A stretch of DNA of 64,000 bases, taken from positions 133,748 to 197,747 of the forward strand of contig CAWFHE010000004.1 of assembly GCA_963815575.1 (NCBI GenBank). Direction: 5' to 3'. Shown here piece by piece: positions 61,716 to 64,000 of this stretch. The stretch is from an uncultured Actinomycetota bacterium (GTDB lineage: Bacteria > Actinomycetota > Actinomycetes > Streptosporangiales > Streptosporangiaceae). How positions within the stretch are numbered: the first letter of the stretch is position 1; each line of letters opens with the position of its first letter. Below the pieces are notes generated by a model. That model was not told the origin of the DNA and did not search any database. It saw only the letters and a list, made by a program, of their open reading frames with translations. The translations under genes were made by a program, and so were the position numbers.

Positions 61716-64000
61716 GTGCAAACCGCGTTGCGCCGCGCCGGCGCGTTGGTAGGCGGAACGATCCCCCGCCTCGTCCTGACGACATTGCGGCTGCTTTGCT
61801 GCTCGCCGCTACCGCCCTTCCTGTCGTCGGTATCACGGGCATTGCAGTCCGCGATGCCGCGAACACCTTCGACACGCTGCAGGTCGGCAAGCTCGGTGCA
61901 GCGCCGAGCCAGGTCGATCCTGTACGACAGCGAAGGCAAGCCCATCGCGTACTTCTACCCGTACGACATGTACCGGGTGCCGATCAGCTTCAACCAGATC
62001 GCGCCGGTGATGCGCGACGCGATCGTTGCGATCGAGGACGACGCCTTCTATACCCAGGGCGCGCTCGACCCGCGCGGCACGCTGCGAGCCCTGGTGAGCA
62101 ACGGGAGCGGCTCGCAGCTCCAGGGCGCCTCCACGATCGCGCAGCAGTACGTGAAAAACGTCAAGGTCCTGCAGGCGGGTAACAACCCTGATGGCCATAT
62201 CTGCGGCACGCCGCCCCCGACCTCCAGCGGAAGATCCAGCAACTGCGGCTAGCCGCCGCTGTCGAGCACGAGCTGACTCCTCAGCAGCTGCTGGCCTCCT
62301 ACCTCAACGTCGCCTACTTCGACAACAACGCCAACGGGGTCCAGGTAGCGGCGCAGGTCTACTTCAGCAAGAACGCCTCCCAGCTGACGCTGCCGGAAGC
62401 GGCGCTGCTGGCTGGCATTGTGCAGTCACCATCGGCTTACAATCCGTTCGCTCATCCGGCCGCAGCGCTCCAGCGGCGAGCCGAGGTGCTGACGCGGATG
62501 TGGCAGCTGCACTACGTGACCAAGCCGCAGGCGCTCGCGGCTGAGAAGGCGCCGCTCGGAATGAAGTACTCGTCCGCCCCGACAACGGCTGGCTGCGCGA
62601 CCCCATCGCGCGCCGAAGCACGGGGTTCTTCTGCGACTACGTGAAGCGCGTCCTGCAGCTGGACTACCCCGTCGATCTGGAACCAGATCCAGAACTCCGG
62701 CGGCCTGGCGATTCACACCACGCTGAACATGAAGGACCAGCTGGCAGCCGAATAACGCAGTGAACTACGTGGAGTCACCCAACAAGTCGGCGCTGAACCC
62801 GAACCACAACGCTGACGCCGAGGTGCTCCTGCAGCCGGGTACCGGTTACGTGCGGGCGATCGCGGAGAACCGGACCTACGGCCCGAGTCCGGGAACGTAT
62901 ATCGACTACGCGGTGAACTCGCAGTACGGCGGCGACCCCATCGGCGTCCAGACTGGCTCGTCGTCGAAGCTCTTCACCTTGATCACAGCCCTGAAGCAGG
63001 GACTGCCGTTCGGGCACACGATCAAGGTGAAGGCGCCCGCGTCCGTCGGGCCGTTCGCCACCTGTTACGGACAGAGCGTGCCCGCCGCCCCGTTCAATAA
63101 CGCCGAAGGCCCGACCAGCGGCACCAGGTTTGGCAGATGGCTGAGGCAACTGCCTTGTCGATCAACTTGTACTTCGTCAACCTCGAGAACCAGGTCGGCC
63201 TGTGCAACGTCGTCAAGACTGCAGTCGACATGGGCATGACCAGGGCCGACGGCACCTCGCTCATGAAATATGACCACGCGCTTCACAAGAACGGCCTTCC
63301 GGCCTACGACGTTTCAAGCTTCACGCTAGGCGCGGTCGGAGTCTCGCCGATGAGCATGGCTGCTGCCTACGCGTCAGTGGCAGCGCGCGGCATGTACTGC
63401 AGCCCGGAGGCCATCACCGGGATCGAGGTCATGGCAACGCGCCAGCAGCTTGCCGTACACGGGCCTGCGTGCCGACGGGACATGTCCAAGGGAGTCGCCG
63501 ACGCAGCCAACTACATCTTGCAGGGCACGCTGACTCAGGCCGGTGCGACGGCCGCGGGCCGGTCAATCCCCGGTTACACCCACGTCGCAGCCAAGACCGG
63601 GACCGCGAACAGCGGCTGGTACGCCGCATTCGCCGGCTACACGCCGCGGCTGGCCTCGTACATGTCGGTGTTCAACCCGGTGAGTCCGACAACTGCATCC
63701 GATGCTTGGTCCGTACGACGCGTGCTACCGCGACGTGCCCAGCTCGGCGGCTTCCAGTGCCCTGGCCAGATGTACGGTGACAACGCGCCGGGCGCGACGT
63801 GGGAGGACACGTTCATGCACGCGGCACTCGGACCGGACGTAGCCTTCGTGTTCCCGCCGGGCTCCTACTTCAGTCTGGGCAATGGCTGGGGAGCGCCGAG
63901 GACGATCGGCGGGAAGAAGAAGCCCGGCAAGGGCGGTCCTGGGCAATGGCGGCGGACCAGGCAAGGGCGGCGGGCCAGGTGGCGGACCCACGCCTACGCC
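61716..64000 (+). pseudogene. ponA: class A penicillin-binding protein (transglycosylase/transpeptidase), heavily frame-disrupted; the 3' end lies outside the window
   Basis: The GT51 blocks are 'AIVAIEDDAFYTQGALDPRG' and 'GASTIAQQYVKNV'. The transpeptidase motifs are 'GSSSKLFT' and 'AAKTGT'. The segments lie in alternating frames, with changes near 61785, 61912, 62218, 62583, 62665, 62750, 63130, 63690, 63740 and 63945. The start (61.54-61.72 kb) is unresolved. Confidence 0.8.

Overview
Very GC-rich actinobacterial chromosome segment. The gene order follows the conserved actinomycete core locus known from Mycobacterium tuberculosis (Rv3585-Rv3682) and Streptomyces: radA-disA-mutY / clpC1-lsr2 / lysS-coaX-(nadC-nadB)-panC / folK-folB-folP-(mprF-like)-folE-ftsH / hpt-tilS / dacB-ppa / crp ... 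ArsA-like pair / wblA(whiB4)-ponA. The first ~22 kb is more accessory. It holds purC and murA; a tightly coupled GNAT / mini-ORF / ATP-grasp / LLM-monooxygenase operon; a secreted multi-ricin lectin; an NrtR-like Nudix regulator; a BlaI/BlaR1-like pair; an ECF sigma with a membrane partner; an IS110 insertion; AlaX; tandem SGNH and acyltransferase-3-SGNH paralogs; asparaginase; a BKACE enzyme; and Dtd. No rRNA, tRNA or CRISPR array was seen by eye. Main observations: (1) A clear ydaO-type cyclic-di-AMP riboswitch sits directly upstream of an NlpC/P60 hydrolase, about 7 kb from the diadenylate cyclase gene disA. (2) Reading-frame integrity is strikingly asymmetric. I found no disrupted gene in 1-34 kb but roughly 30 frame changes in 34-64 kb, hitting lysS, nadC, nadB, ftsH, a DUF2342 protease, an MBL hydrolase, a Nudix hydrolase, an SPFH protein, both ArsA-like ATPases and ponA. 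This most likely reflects consensus indel errors, but real pseudogenisation cannot be excluded from sequence alone. (3) In-frame short tandem repeats (15, 18 and 36 bp) recur at gene termini and operon junctions. One forms a translationally coupled 18-codon mini-ORF in front of an ATP-grasp gene, one gives TilS a long tail, and one fuses a DUF2342 gene to tilS. (4) The clpC1-lsr2 spacer is 1.2 kb long, with degenerate repeats and two ClgR-like boxes. All coordinates come from manual reading. Start codons and frameshift positions are approximate to a few nucleotides.
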